This document shows positions 1 to 10,076 of a stretch of 64,000 bases of DNA, in pieces. Position 1 is the stretch's first letter, and each line of letters begins with the position of its first letter. The stretch is from a virus. Where the stretch lies: positions 1 to 64,000 of IMG/VR virus record IMGVR_UViG_3300045988_043972, one strand, 5' to 3'. Position numbers and translations under genes: made by a program. A model generated the notes under the pieces. It was given only the letters and a program-made list of their open reading frames with translations. It ran no database searches and had not been told where the DNA came from.

Positions 1-123
1 ATCTGTATCAGTAATTACACGTACATTTTCCGCATATCTATACTGATTGTCTGGTATCATAGTTACATCTGTATCTAGATTCATACCACCAACGAAAGTA
101 TTTGTCTATAATGTATTAGTCAT
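1..123 (-). CDS. First 41 codons of a late/virion protein that runs off the window start
   Basis: ATG 123-121 overlaps the upstream stop (TAATG). Sequence MTNTL-TAG-TNTFVGGMNLDTDVTMIPDNQYRYAENV, with one in-frame TAG. Confidence 0.45.
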
Positions 124-1031
124 TATCTATTCCAATTATAAAGTATTTGTTCATCTCCTGTACTCTCAAAGAATGTATCATGATCTCTCATCTCAGTATA
201 AGGTTTGTGCCATACATTCTTAATAGTTTCTAATTCATCTACAGTAGGCATCATAGCTTCTGCATATGCCTATCTACGGTAGAAGTTCCATGAGTTTCTC
301 ATATCATAGTATATATTCTAATTCAGCTGTCCTTTTAAATATTTAGGATAAGACATCTTCATTGCTACATACCAGAATATAGCTTCAAAATATGATGGTA
401 TATCTGGTATCATGGGCATACTATCTTCATCAGTAGGTATAGCGTGATAAGATACTTTAACCCAACCACATGGTACATTAACTGTAATGTAACCCGGTTT
501 AGTAGAGTACTGTAGGCTAGTATTGAATGTAGCAGGATTACCTACTATAAGTCTACCATTGTTACTAGGTACAGTATACTGATTTACTAAAGCACTAAGT
601 GTTTGTTTAATGTTCTAATCACTGTTGAGTATCTCTAATGCATCCTTATCATTATCTAAGTTAAAGATATTCTTTACTAGTGGAAGTAAAGCATTATCTT
701 GTATCAACATCTTAGGATCACATTCTCCACACTTCTTATATATACCAAAAGAGTTAGTCACCTTTCTCATTGGTAACCAACCACAACTATTCTCAAATGA
801 GAATGCAACTTGATTTAATCTATACAGATCACACGGTAGTTTAGCTTGATAGTCACATATCTTCAGATTAGCTACTTTGTGTTCTAACTATTGAACAGCT
901 CCAATCTTTTCCATGGCTTCAGATATCCACTCTCGTATGTCCGTTATTTTAATATCGTCTTCTTTTAAATCCAAATCAGCTATAATCTTAGCAATAACTG
1001 CTTTGGATGATACCATATTATTATTTATCAT
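123..1031 (-). CDS. Hypothetical late/virion protein, 302 aa, TAG-recoded
   Basis: Frame is open from ATG 1031 to TAA 125-123 only if 4 in-frame TAG are sense; no in-frame TAA/TGA. N-terminus MINNNMVSSKAVIAKIIADLDLKEDD. Confidence 0.6.
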
Positions 1032-1695
1032 AATTATTATCTTTGTGATATTTCCATTTAAATCCGTACGCTGATTTGTATTTTCCCTAACAACATCTTT
1101 TTATAGATACTCTTTTGTTAATATTGCCCATATGTTTTGCAGCGTCTGCTATAGAATCATATGTGCACATATAAGTATTATCTAATGAGTACATATCTAT
1201 CTTTTTTCTCTGTGATGCAACAAGGGCACTGGTTTTCATCCATTCTGATTTTTTCTATAGACTTGACTCGCTCCACTGTCTGTTTTTATTACTATTAGCA
1301 ATTATCTACTTATGAGCCTCTGATATAGCGTGTCCACTATTGTGTATTCCAGTGGTTTTTCCTGCAACCTTACATATATTGTAGTCACCCAGTTCATCTA
1401 TATATTTCTATTCGATAAATAGCAAAGTATCCTTCACGTCTTCGCAAGTTTCTAATATCAAAAAACCGAAATGTTTCTATCCATATTTATTGAAAGCGCG
1501 CTATAATATAGTATTAGAATGTTTATTATTACATAGTTCATTGAAATGCTAACGGTATCTTCTTCTTATAGAGCTGCTAGATCCAATATATTTTTTATTG
1601 TTCAATAGATTAACTATAGCGTATACCCCAGATACGTCATCAAATTGGTACTATCCGTCCTACTTGAATTCAAATATATTATCGAATTTCAACAT
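1021..1695 (-). CDS. GIY-YIG family homing endonuclease with C-terminal NUMOD-like DNA-binding region (224 aa, 9 in-frame TAG)
   Basis: GVYAIVNLLNNKKYIGSSSSIRRRYRQH..NKYG block matches the GIY-YIG signature; C-terminus ..SAYGFKWKY. The 675-nt frame is open only with TAG as sense. Both ends overlap the neighbouring genes. Confidence 0.8.
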
Positions 1696-2122
1696 AATCG
1701 TGTTCTCTATTCTTAATTATCTATGCTAGCCTTCTCTTATTAGCTCTTGAAGCTACGAACTAATACTTTGTCTTATTAGTAAGTAGACAATCCTTCTTAC
1801 TCCACAGGAATCTAAACTTGTAGTAATTACTGTGTTCGTTAATAAAGTAAATAGGTTTACCTTGTATCTTACTTTCGTGATAATCTATTCTTAAGCTCTT
1901 GTTATCAAAGTTCTTAGGCTATCTCTTAACTATACTTAGATTACCTAGTCTACATGGAAGTTTAAACTCTCTGCTGTTATCCATAACTTCCTCTACTATA
2001 TACTTAAAGTAATCTTCAACTATATGTCTGTATGTTTTGTAATCAACATCATATACAGTTTCCCTTTCGATATAAGATAAGTAGAACTCATAGAAGTCGC
2101 TTATTGTATAAGATTTCTTCAT
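1679..2122 (-). CDS. Small basic protein, possible DNA-binding (147 aa, 3 TAG)
   Basis: Track ORF 1919..2122 continues in frame through 3 TAG to TAA 1681-1679. Lys/Arg-rich C-terminal half (..FVASRANKRRLAQIIKNREH). Function is only a guess. Confidence 0.5.
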
Positions 2123-2142
2123 TGCTATCTAACATTAATGTT

Positions 2143-2781
2143 CTACATATCATCTCTAGAGTTATTAGTTTCGTCTGATGGCATCTGATGCATGATATTC
2201 AATTCTTTAGTAAATATCATATCTTTGATTACAGGTATCATATGCGCAGGTGCAGGATATGGACTATCAGGATCAAAACATTCATTGATATCAGCAGGGT
2301 TCTCAGCTATTACTCCTATCTCTACCCATTCAAGCTGGTGATCATTACCCGGATCTTCTACATACAATCTATTGTTTTTGATGTATGCTATATAGTCTCC
2401 GCAAGTATATTTTCTATACTTTTGATATTTCATCTTTGTTTCATTACCTAGCTGAATTAGATTACCAAACATGTCTTTTACATATACTAGACCTGTTCTA
2501 AAATGAAAGTCTATCAGTTTAGGTAGTTCTATGTCACTTCTATATTCTATATGACCTGCTGTACTATCTATTCTATCAATGTGTACACATGGAATAGTTT
2601 GAACATACATAGGATTTATATCTCTACCCTTATCTATGTCCTGCTTGATGAGTACAGCTCTATAGTTGTGAATCCATTGCTCAATCTATATTCTACTTAT
2701 ATGTTCTGATTCAGCAACAGAACTATTGCGCAATTCAAGTAGAATATCATCAATAATAGTATTCAGTGTGTTTAATTTCAT
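2143..2781 (-). CDS. Hypothetical late protein, 212 aa (1 TAG)
   Basis: Track ORF 2143..2610 extends in frame across one TAG to ATG 2781 (MKLNTLNTIIDDILLELRNS..). Confidence 0.6.
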
Positions 2782-2894
2782 AATGCATTATTTATTAAAT
2801 ATCTTTATAACGTATTTAGATGCGTTCTAAGCCATTTTATAGGTGTAGTAGTACAATTGGTCAAGTAATATAATAGCGTTTGTCTAGAAGTCTT

Positions 2895-2924
2895 AAAATA
2901 AAAAAAGGCTAGTATTAACTAGCC
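2895..2924 (-). terminator. Rho-independent terminator
   Basis: On the minus strand GGCTAGT-TAAT-ACTAGCC is followed by TTTTTTTATTTT. The stop of the upstream gene lies in the loop. Confidence 0.6.
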
Positions 2925-3481
2925 TCATTCATTGCATTCTGTATATTCTATGGTAACATCTGTTTCATCTAAGGTGGAACCATATTACTTGCTTGCTTTA
3001 TTAATCCTTTTAATTCTGCAACTTGTTCTTGTAATTCTTTTATTCTAGGATCTTCTTGTTTCAAATTTTCCTCCTAATAATCCAACTACTTGAGTATTGC
3101 ATCGCACTTATTCATTTCTTCTTCATACTTAGCTAAAGCCTCCTTCTTTGCTTTGTATTCGTTATAATTATTCTTTACCATTGTTATTATCTGCTGTTTA
3201 TCTGTTGCAATAGTTAAACCTACAGTTCCATCCGTTATGATAGACTTATTTTCTTCTACAGATAATTTCTTCTATTCACCATCACACCCTATTGTTATAT
3301 CAACTAGTTTTTTTCTATTCTAATTTGGTAGAGGAAACTATTGAGGAGGAAGGGGTTCATCATAAACCTTGGATACATTCATTACAGTACCTTTATAATA
3401 AGTAGTACTTTTCTTGAACGTTCCGGTTATCTCTAATACATGTATAGGATCTCCTATATTTAATTGTGCAAATGTTATCAT
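2915..3481 (-). CDS. Coiled-coil late protein, 188 aa (7 TAG)
   Basis: Hand triplet scan from ATG 3481 to TAA 2917-2915 found 7 in-frame TAG and no TAA/TGA. The C-terminal half is K/E/Q-rich and heptad-like. Confidence 0.6.
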
Positions 3482-3498
3482 AATAAGTATTTATTAAA

Positions 3499-3520
3499 GG
3501 GCTCCTAAGAGCCCTTTTTT
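3499..3520. terminator. GC hairpin between late genes, possibly a bidirectional terminator
   Basis: GGGCTC-CTAA-GAGCCC with T6 on the plus side and TTTAATAAAT on the minus side. It lies directly after the stop of 3530..3964. Confidence 0.4.
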
Positions 3521-3529
3521 GATTAAAGA

Positions 3530-3964
3530 TTACGCAGTAGCAGTAGTAGGCGGTATAATATGGTTTACAGTTTGAAATATACCATTTGATTTATTATAGT
3601 AAATCAGATATCTATTGCCAGTGGATATTTCTTCTGTAGCCATTTGATCGCCTGAACCATTTATAAGAGCTCTAGCCCCTGTAGAAGTAGTAGTCGTAGG
3701 ACTTACTTGATTAGCTGTTCTAGTAGTATCTATACTTACTAAAGAAGCTGCAGTTACTGTTGCAGCAGGGGTATTTACTATATTAAGTAAAAACATTCCT
3801 TCACAAGGAAGTTGTCTCCAGATTCTAGGACAGATACCATAAGTAACAGTATTGTTGGTAGTATCAGTGGTAACATATATCGTTCTCAACGAAGGTATAC
3901 CAAAGTTATCTATAGTTCTTACTCTACTTCTGTTAAATGTATAAGGATTAAAATTAAAAAACAT
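3530..3964 (-). CDS. Thr/Asn-rich hypothetical protein, 144 aa
   Basis: ATG 3964 is preceded by AAGGAGG. The longer track ORF start (3997) overlaps the upstream gene. Confidence 0.6.
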   Translation of the reverse strand: MFFNFNPYTFNRSRVRTIDNFGIPSLRTIYVTTDTTNNTVTYGICPRIWRQLPCEGMFLLNIVNTPAATVTAASLVSIDTTRTANQVSPTTTTSTGARALINGSGDQMATEEISTGNRYLIYYNKSNGIFQTVNHIIPPTTATA

Positions 3965-3978
3965 ATTTACCTCCTTTC

Positions 3979-4842
3979 TTAGCATCCACAGCCACATCCA
4001 TCAGAGTAACCATTGTAACCATAGCCTGTAAAGCCACCATTACATCCATACGGGTTACAAGTCAGATATGCAGGAACCGGAGTAGGTCTTAACTGATTAA
4101 CAATGTTAGCGGTTTGAGCTTGCTGAGAAGCAGCTAAAGCCAACTGATTGTTTTCTTGACGCAATGAGTCAATCTTGTTCTGCATTTCACGCATTTCAAG
4201 TTGACAGAATCTGTCATTAATTATTTGAGTCTAAGCGTCTATTTTAGCACCCAAGATGTTGAACTGAGTATTAGCGTTGCTTGTCAGAGTATTAGTCTGA
4301 TTTACAATAGCTAATTGGCTCTCATAACCCTGAGTAGTTATAGCGTTACGTACATCACAGCAGCAAGAAGCCAATTGTGATGCAAGGCTAGCATTACCAC
4401 TCTGGATAGCATTGATTACTTGTGCGCCTGTCAATTTAGTATCACAAGCTATCTGGCTAACACTAGTATTAATAGTGTTCAGTGCATTCTGTACTGCATT
4501 AATATCACAATTCAAAGTATTGGACAAAGTAGCGATAGCTTCTTTGTTACCATTGATTGCTTGCATTAACAAGTTAGTATTAGCATCTGTGTTCAACTGA
4601 GAAGCAAGCTGTGAAGCTTCACCACTTCTGTTACCGAAGCCGTTGCCTCCCCAGCCACCCCAGCAGAAGAAGATCAGGATAATCCAGATCCACCACCATC
4701 CGCCGTTACCGCCGAATCCGCCATTGTTATTCATCATAGCCATCAAAGCAGCAGGGTCCATACCTTTATTTGCATTCTGCATTAAAGCAGCCAGACCAGC
4801 GTCAAAACCGCGGTCTTGAAGGATAATTTTATCTTCTAACAT
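3979..4842 (-). CDS. Membrane-anchored coiled-coil protein with Trp/Gly-rich TM segment and Cys/Gly-rich C-terminus (287 aa, 1 TAG)
   Basis: Track ORFs 4231..4842 and 3979..4194 are in frame and joined by TAG 4233-4231. Contains GGWWWIWIILIFFCWGGWGG and the C-terminus CNPYGCNGGFTGYGYNGYSDGCGCGC. Confidence 0.65.
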
Positions 4843-4874
4843 AATTGATTTTATTTAGGATTGATTTAATTTGA

Positions 4875-5480
4875 TTAATATCTAATATAACGTACAGAAC
4901 GACCGCGTTTGAGTTCATCTTCGTAAGGAAACATCTTTTCCTTCTCATAGTCTCTCTCATCGTATTCTCTGTCATATTCTCTACGTCTACCATATGAAGA
5001 TCTCCCCATTCTTCCACCTCTACGGTAAGTTCCATAGGGTTCGTCATCGTCATCATCTTCATCTTCATATTTGCTGTAGTTTCTATCGAAGTATTCTTCT
5101 TCTGCATCTCTCAGCTTATCGCACATTACATAAATATAATAGTACCACATTTTACCTTCATCAATGTCTTTGTCACATATCCAGGCTTTAGCTAACTCTA
5201 CGAAATACTTAGAGTTATTAGAACCTGTCATGTTAACAATTACTTTGTAGTAATCTGAGTAAACCATATTCAATGCAACATACCAATCATACTTATTGAA
5301 CTTGCTATCAAAGCGAATTCCGTATTGATTTGCAAGAGCAGAAGTTTCTTCTACAGACCAATGTTGGCCTCTAGATCCGTCTTCGTTTTCCATCTTACTT
5401 ACAGCTTTACGTGCATGTTCTTCATCAAAGTGAGGACCATGTTTAGCTTCATAAGCTTTTGTACGGATTATTCTATGCAT
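4875..5480 (-). CDS. Hypothetical protein with acidic then Arg/Tyr-rich tail, 201 aa
   Basis: Intact track ORF with no TAG. Tail reads EDEDDDDDEPYGTYRRGGRMGRSSYGRRREYDREYDERDYEKE. Confidence 0.7.
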   Translation of the reverse strand: MHRIIRTKAYEAKHGPHFDEEHARKAVSKMENEDGSRGQHWSVEETSALANQYGIRFDSKFNKYDWYVALNMVYSDYYKVIVNMTGSNNSKYFVELAKAWICDKDIDEGKMWYYYIYVMCDKLRDAEEEYFDRNYSKYEDEDDDDDEPYGTYRRGGRMGRSSYGRRREYDREYDERDYEKEKMFPYEDELKRGRSVRYIRY

Positions 5481-5510
5481 ATTATTATTGATTAATATTA
5501 TAGATTGATT

Positions 5511-6149
5511 TTATTTACTAATCTCTATTATTCTAGTATCTGTTACTTTGATAAGTTTGTTAGAGTTGTTAATCGTATATTTTCTGTGAATATCTTTTTT
5601 AAAATCAAAGTGGAAGAATCTGGCTAGCCACGTCTTATACTTATTACGATATTCTTTCTTTTCTTCTACAAACAGCGTTTGCTAGTTTTTTAAATCTAAT
5701 GTGGCTGTTAAGATTGAGTCTTTTCTACTTACTATGATAGTTGTTAAATCATTTAACTTTAATTCCTAAGTAAAGTCAACCTCTTTGGTTTTAATTACTG
5801 TTTTGACGGAATCTTTAACTTCGGTATTGATTACCTGTGCCTATACCAGATTCTTGTCTTTGATTTTTAATTTCTTTTTAGTATCGTTCAACTATTGTAC
5901 TATACTATCTCTACTAGTATTAAGATCAGATATAGTTAGTTGTAACGTTCGATTTTCTTTTCTACTTGAATCTAATAACGATTCATAATATTCACTATTA
6001 TTGGATAGTCTAGCTATTTCCTTGTCCTTCTTTTGTAGCTGCTTGTACATAAAAAAAGCACTTACCGACAGTATACATATGAAACCTATGGTAAGTGCTC
6101 TGAAATGTGTTGCAAGCCAGTTAACTACTGATATTATTGCTGTTATCAT
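5511..6149 (-). CDS. N-terminal TM plus coiled-coil protein, possible spanin-like lysis component (212 aa, 4 TAG)
   Basis: Track ORF 5892..6149 continues through TAG codons to TAA 5513-5511. A hydrophobic N-terminus is followed by a K/E/L-rich region. Confidence 0.5.
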
Positions 6150-6651
6150 TGTTATTTGGTTTAAAATCTTTTATATCTAAATCTACTCCTAGATACTTTT
6201 CACCTTTAGCTTTGATAACTTTGCCTAGTACTTTTTCTAATACTTTACATATTTTGCAATCCGGATGTAAGTCCTTCATTGATTCTAGCCAGGATATGAA
6301 TTCAGTTCCACATATCATACCAGATACAAACTCTACGGCATGTAAGTTCAATGAGGTAACTATATGAGTATCTATAACGTATGCTCCTACTATCAACAAT
6401 GTAGCTTCAAATACTTTATTAATAGTTTTCCATAACTTATAAGACTCGATATGTTTGTGTCCGTATTTCCTTGATACTTTGTAACCTAATATGACATCTA
6501 TCAGTATAAAACTAGTTGCCGCAATTATAGCTACCTAAACTGGTGCTAAGAAAGATGTTATTCCAGCAAAGCAACTGCTGGCGAATCTCCCTGCGCTACT
6601 GAATATACTTTTGAACAAAGTCATTATTGAATCTCCTATATCGTGAATCAT
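6121..6651 (-). CDS. Holin-like multi-TM protein (176 aa, 1 TAG)
   Basis: Track ORF 6121..6399 extends upstream across one TAG to ATG 6651 (alternative 6624). Several hydrophobic segments. Resemblance to phage holin families is from memory only. Confidence 0.5.
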
Positions 6652-6671
6652 AGCAAGTATTTTGAGAAAGT

Positions 6672-6701
6672 AAAAAACCCTGAGAGATTGCTCTGACAGG
6701 G
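6672..6701 (-). terminator. Rho-independent terminator after the RT gene
   Basis: Minus strand has CCCTGTCAGAG..CTCTCAGGG followed by TTTTTT. Confidence 0.6.
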
Positions 6702-6746
6702 ATGATATTTTATCTGAGATATACCTTAAAAACGTATGTTATTGCG

Positions 6747-7772
6747 TTAGGTTTTCTTCTTCTTACTTTTTGATATGTATCGCAATAGCTCTTTATGTTT
6801 AGTCATTTTACTAAATAAATTACGACCATTACAGTACTTAATCCAACCTATATAACTACATATTTTCTATTGATAAGTACTCTTGTCTAGGTTATCTTTT
6901 TTGTTCAATTTACTTACTCTTTTACAGAAATTCTTCTTAATATGTTTTCTTAATAGAGTGTGAGTATGAAATATCTTATACCCTACAAAATCTATTCCTC
7001 TATCGTCAACTTTAAATATTTGCCAGTTGTCTTTAAAGTTAATATTAAGTCTTTCTTCTAAGTACTACTTCATATCCTTAAATAACTATCTTAAATAGTC
7101 TTTGTCTCCATGAAGTATTACAATATCATCTGCGTATCTGAAATAGTATTTTATATGTTTTTCTTCTTTGATCCAGTGATCTAGATATGTTAAATATAGA
7201 TTAGCAAAGAATTGTGATAAGTAATTACCAATTGGTACTCCCTATGCAGAATCTATTATTTCATCTAATATAATTAATAATTTCTTATCTTTTACTTTTC
7301 TTCTTATTAGCTATTTTAATATATCATGATCTATTGAAGGATAAAATTTTCTGACATCTAACTTAAGACAGTATTTTGTATTGGCTTCATCTTTCAGTGC
7401 GAACTTAACATCTTTCAGAGCTTTATGTATACCACGATTTTTTATACAACTATAAGTTCCTTTAATGAAGGATGATACCCAAATAGGTTCCATAATATTC
7501 ATAATAGCATGATGTACTATTCTATCTGGATAGTATGGAAGCTTGAATATTTCTCTTTCTTTAGGTTCATATATCTTGAATATATAATATTCAGAAGTCT
7601 TATATTCACCATCTATTAATTTCTTCTATAGATCTAAAAGTAATTTTTCTCTATTCTTATCAAAATTAATTATTTCAGGTCTATGTTGTTTTTGTCTTCT
7701 AGCTCTTTTATCCGCTAGATATAAATTGTCTAAAGTTACTATTTTGTCAAATAAATTATTATATCTTTTCAT
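6747..7772 (-). CDS. DGR-type reverse transcriptase (341 aa, 6 in-frame TAG)
   Basis: Translation gives ..YEPKEREIFKLPYYPDRIVHHA.., SCIKNRGIHKA, LDVRKFYPSIDH, GVPIGNYLSQFFANLYL, YFRYADDIVIL, GIDFVGY. It lies immediately downstream of the TR. Confidence 0.9.
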
Positions 7773-7890
7773 CTGTAATCCATTACCGAGTTTTCACGAA
7801 AAAAGTTACTAACACAGTTAATTAGTATGTTATCTTTTACCAAGGGGTAAGGTCTCCCTCTACAGTCTCTTAATTTCTTTATTTGTTTAA

Positions 7891-8014
7891 TTACGGATTC
7901 AGTGTACTGACATTAGCATTAGCATTGCTGAGCTCATTGTTAGAATTAACATTGAGTAAGCCTGAATTAGCACTATTACTCGCATTACTGCTTAATGATG
8001 AGGAACAACCTATC
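7891..8014 (-). repeat. DGR template repeat (TR)
   Basis: Coding-sense TR is Asn-codon rich (AGC AGT AAT GCG AGT AAT AGT GCT AAT TCA GGC TTA CTC AAT GTT AAT TCT AAC AAT GAG ..). It aligns to VR1 and VR2 with differences only at its adenines. Confidence 0.85.
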
Positions 8015-8030
8015 TATATTTTTAATTAAA

Positions 8031-8159
8031 TTACGGTATATAGATTAACCGAGTACCGACATCAGCATAAGCAGCGCCGAGCCCACGGTGAGAATAAACA
8101 CTGAGCAAGCCCGAACCAGCACCACCACCCGCACTACCGCCTATTAATGTTAGCCTATC
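8031..8159 (-). repeat. DGR variable repeat VR1 (3' end of target gene 1)
   Basis: 8053-8143 aligns gap-free to 7904-7994. By hand I count 23 mismatches in 91 nt, all where the plus-strand TR has T (A in coding sense). Confidence 0.85.
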
Positions 8160-9272
8160 AGTTGTACTATTATTAGTCCAATTGTAGTCACACCAATAAG
8201 TTGTATTACTACCACCAAATGCTTCATCTATTGGAGGAAGTATGTCAAATGCTGCATTGTATACCAATTTCTTCTTATAACCTTCAGTAATAGCAGTACT
8301 ACATTGATAGTCATAATCAGATATATCAGTAGATCCAAATGTACTTAAGTCGGTATTTATATAAACGTCATTTTTATTAGTTTGTGCATTAAAATGCATA
8401 AGTGTGTCTATACAATTTTTCCATACATGACCAAATGGATTTTCAATACCTCTATAAGTAGGAACATTATAAGACTTCTGAGTTGCAACACCTTCTGCAT
8501 CAGTACTATTAACAGTAACAGAAGTTATACCAGTAGAGTTTCCATGTTCGTCTGTACTTCCACAAGGTATAAAACTCCATGTATCAACTCCATTTACTTT
8601 AATATTACCTGTAGTAACTCCATCTCCTAAGCCTCCTTGATGATATCCTTCTGCAGTTAATTCGGCATTGAAAGCTTTCTAACTGTTGGTACATGCATAT
8701 TCAACTAAGTAAAGCACAGTAAGTATTCTATGAGCTCTGTAAGTATACATGTTCCAATTCGTAGTACTGGAGTTATTAGCCCTAGCTCTAGATTGCATAG
8801 TAGTTCTATTAATGTTTACTACTGGAGTGATAGATCCATTGTTAATAGATTTTAACACATTGTCTACATTAGATGCTTCATATGCAGAAATATAGAACTT
8901 CTCCACATGTTCAGCTTCTGGAATATGAGGATTTGCTGGATATAAGTTCAAATATACAGTAGTATCATCTCTCATACATTTATACCAGAACTCTGGTATT
9001 TCTACCATAGTATTTAATGTCATGTCTCTATCAGTACCATCTTCATACTTGGTTCTATCTGTAGCATTAAGATATTTAACTGTTCCATCAGAAGTAATCG
9101 TGCAAGACTTCATCTTAGAATGTATAGGAAGTTCTTTATGCCAAGGCATATACCCGGTTCTAGTCAATAATGTACTCTACGGTTCTATAGGAAAGCTAAC
9201 TCCATAATAGTTAGTAAATACATTAACATCGCCAAGATATGCAGCTACAATATTTTTATCTCCTAATTTCAT
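8031..9272 (-). CDS. DGR target 1: tail-associated variable protein (413 aa, 2 TAG)
   Basis: Track ORFs 8679..9167 and 8031..8399 are in frame with ATG 9272. The C-terminus ..YNWTNNSTTDRLTLIGGSAGGGAGSGLLSVYSHRGLGAAYADVGTRLIYIP is encoded by VR1. Confidence 0.85.
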
Positions 9273-9273
9273 A

Positions 9274-9804
9274 TTATTCGTGAATTAAATATAGTGTTTT
9301 AGAATCTTTAACAGACAAAGTGTCATATTCTGTCTAAGTCATAGATACTACAGTAGATACTTCATCAGATGTTACACAGTGACTCAAGTCTACTGTTTCA
9401 GATAACTTATCCCATTCAGCAGGACTAGCTACAATACATACATAGTTAGCACCAGTATCTGTTAGATTATATACGTCTCCAACTACAGCTGTAGCAGGTA
9501 GTGCTTCGAAATTAGCTACAGAACCTTTCACTCTATATACAGATGCTACTTTAGCATCTACTTGTTCCTTAGTATATGCATCCTGAATACCATAACCAGA
9601 CAAAGTAGTAGCTTTATTTGCTTTATTAGCTAGTTCTTTGTTAATAGATTCAATTAGATCATTATCAGTAATAGTACTCCATTCAGATCCAGTCCATGCT
9701 TTAATACATCTACCATATGGATCAGTTTGTAAGTCTATCCAATACTGTACTTCTTTGTGATTGGGGGTTGACTTACTAGGTACGAAATTTATAGTTTCTC
9801 TCAT
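9274..9804 (-). CDS. Tail-fibre-like protein, 176 aa (1 TAG)
   Basis: Track ORF 9334..9804, then TAG, then 19 codons to TAA 9276-9274, ending just before the next ATG. Confidence 0.55.
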
Positions 9805-10076
9805 AGTTGTTCTTCTTTATTAGTCCATTTATCACTGCTTAACAATTTCTGTAATTCTTCTCCTTCATAGGTAGGATACGGATATACTACTTCCGGAGTT
9901 TCATCTTCTTCTGTTAAAGGTAATGTCATTGCTGATGGAAATAGTAATTCATAGTTAGCAACTTTCATGATTACTTCAGTTCCATCTACACTATAACGAA
10001 ATACTAAATGCATTTCGTCTAGCGTATCTTGTGTTATATCAATCAGCACTTCGGCTGGTACAACAATATATTTCAT
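9801..10076 (-). CDS. Hypothetical protein, 91 aa
   Basis: Intact track ORF. Both ends overlap the neighbouring genes by 4 nt. Confidence 0.6.
   Translation of the reverse strand: MKYIVVPAEVLIDITQDTLDEMHLVFRYSVDGTEVIMKVANYELLFPSAMTLPLTEEDETPEVVYPYPTYEGEELQKLLSSDKWTNKEEQL

Noticed and set aside
7773-8030. An avd-type DGR accessory gene between target and RT
   Set aside because: No ORF of suitable size exists here, even with TAG read as sense. The interval holds only the TR and a ~120-nt spacer.
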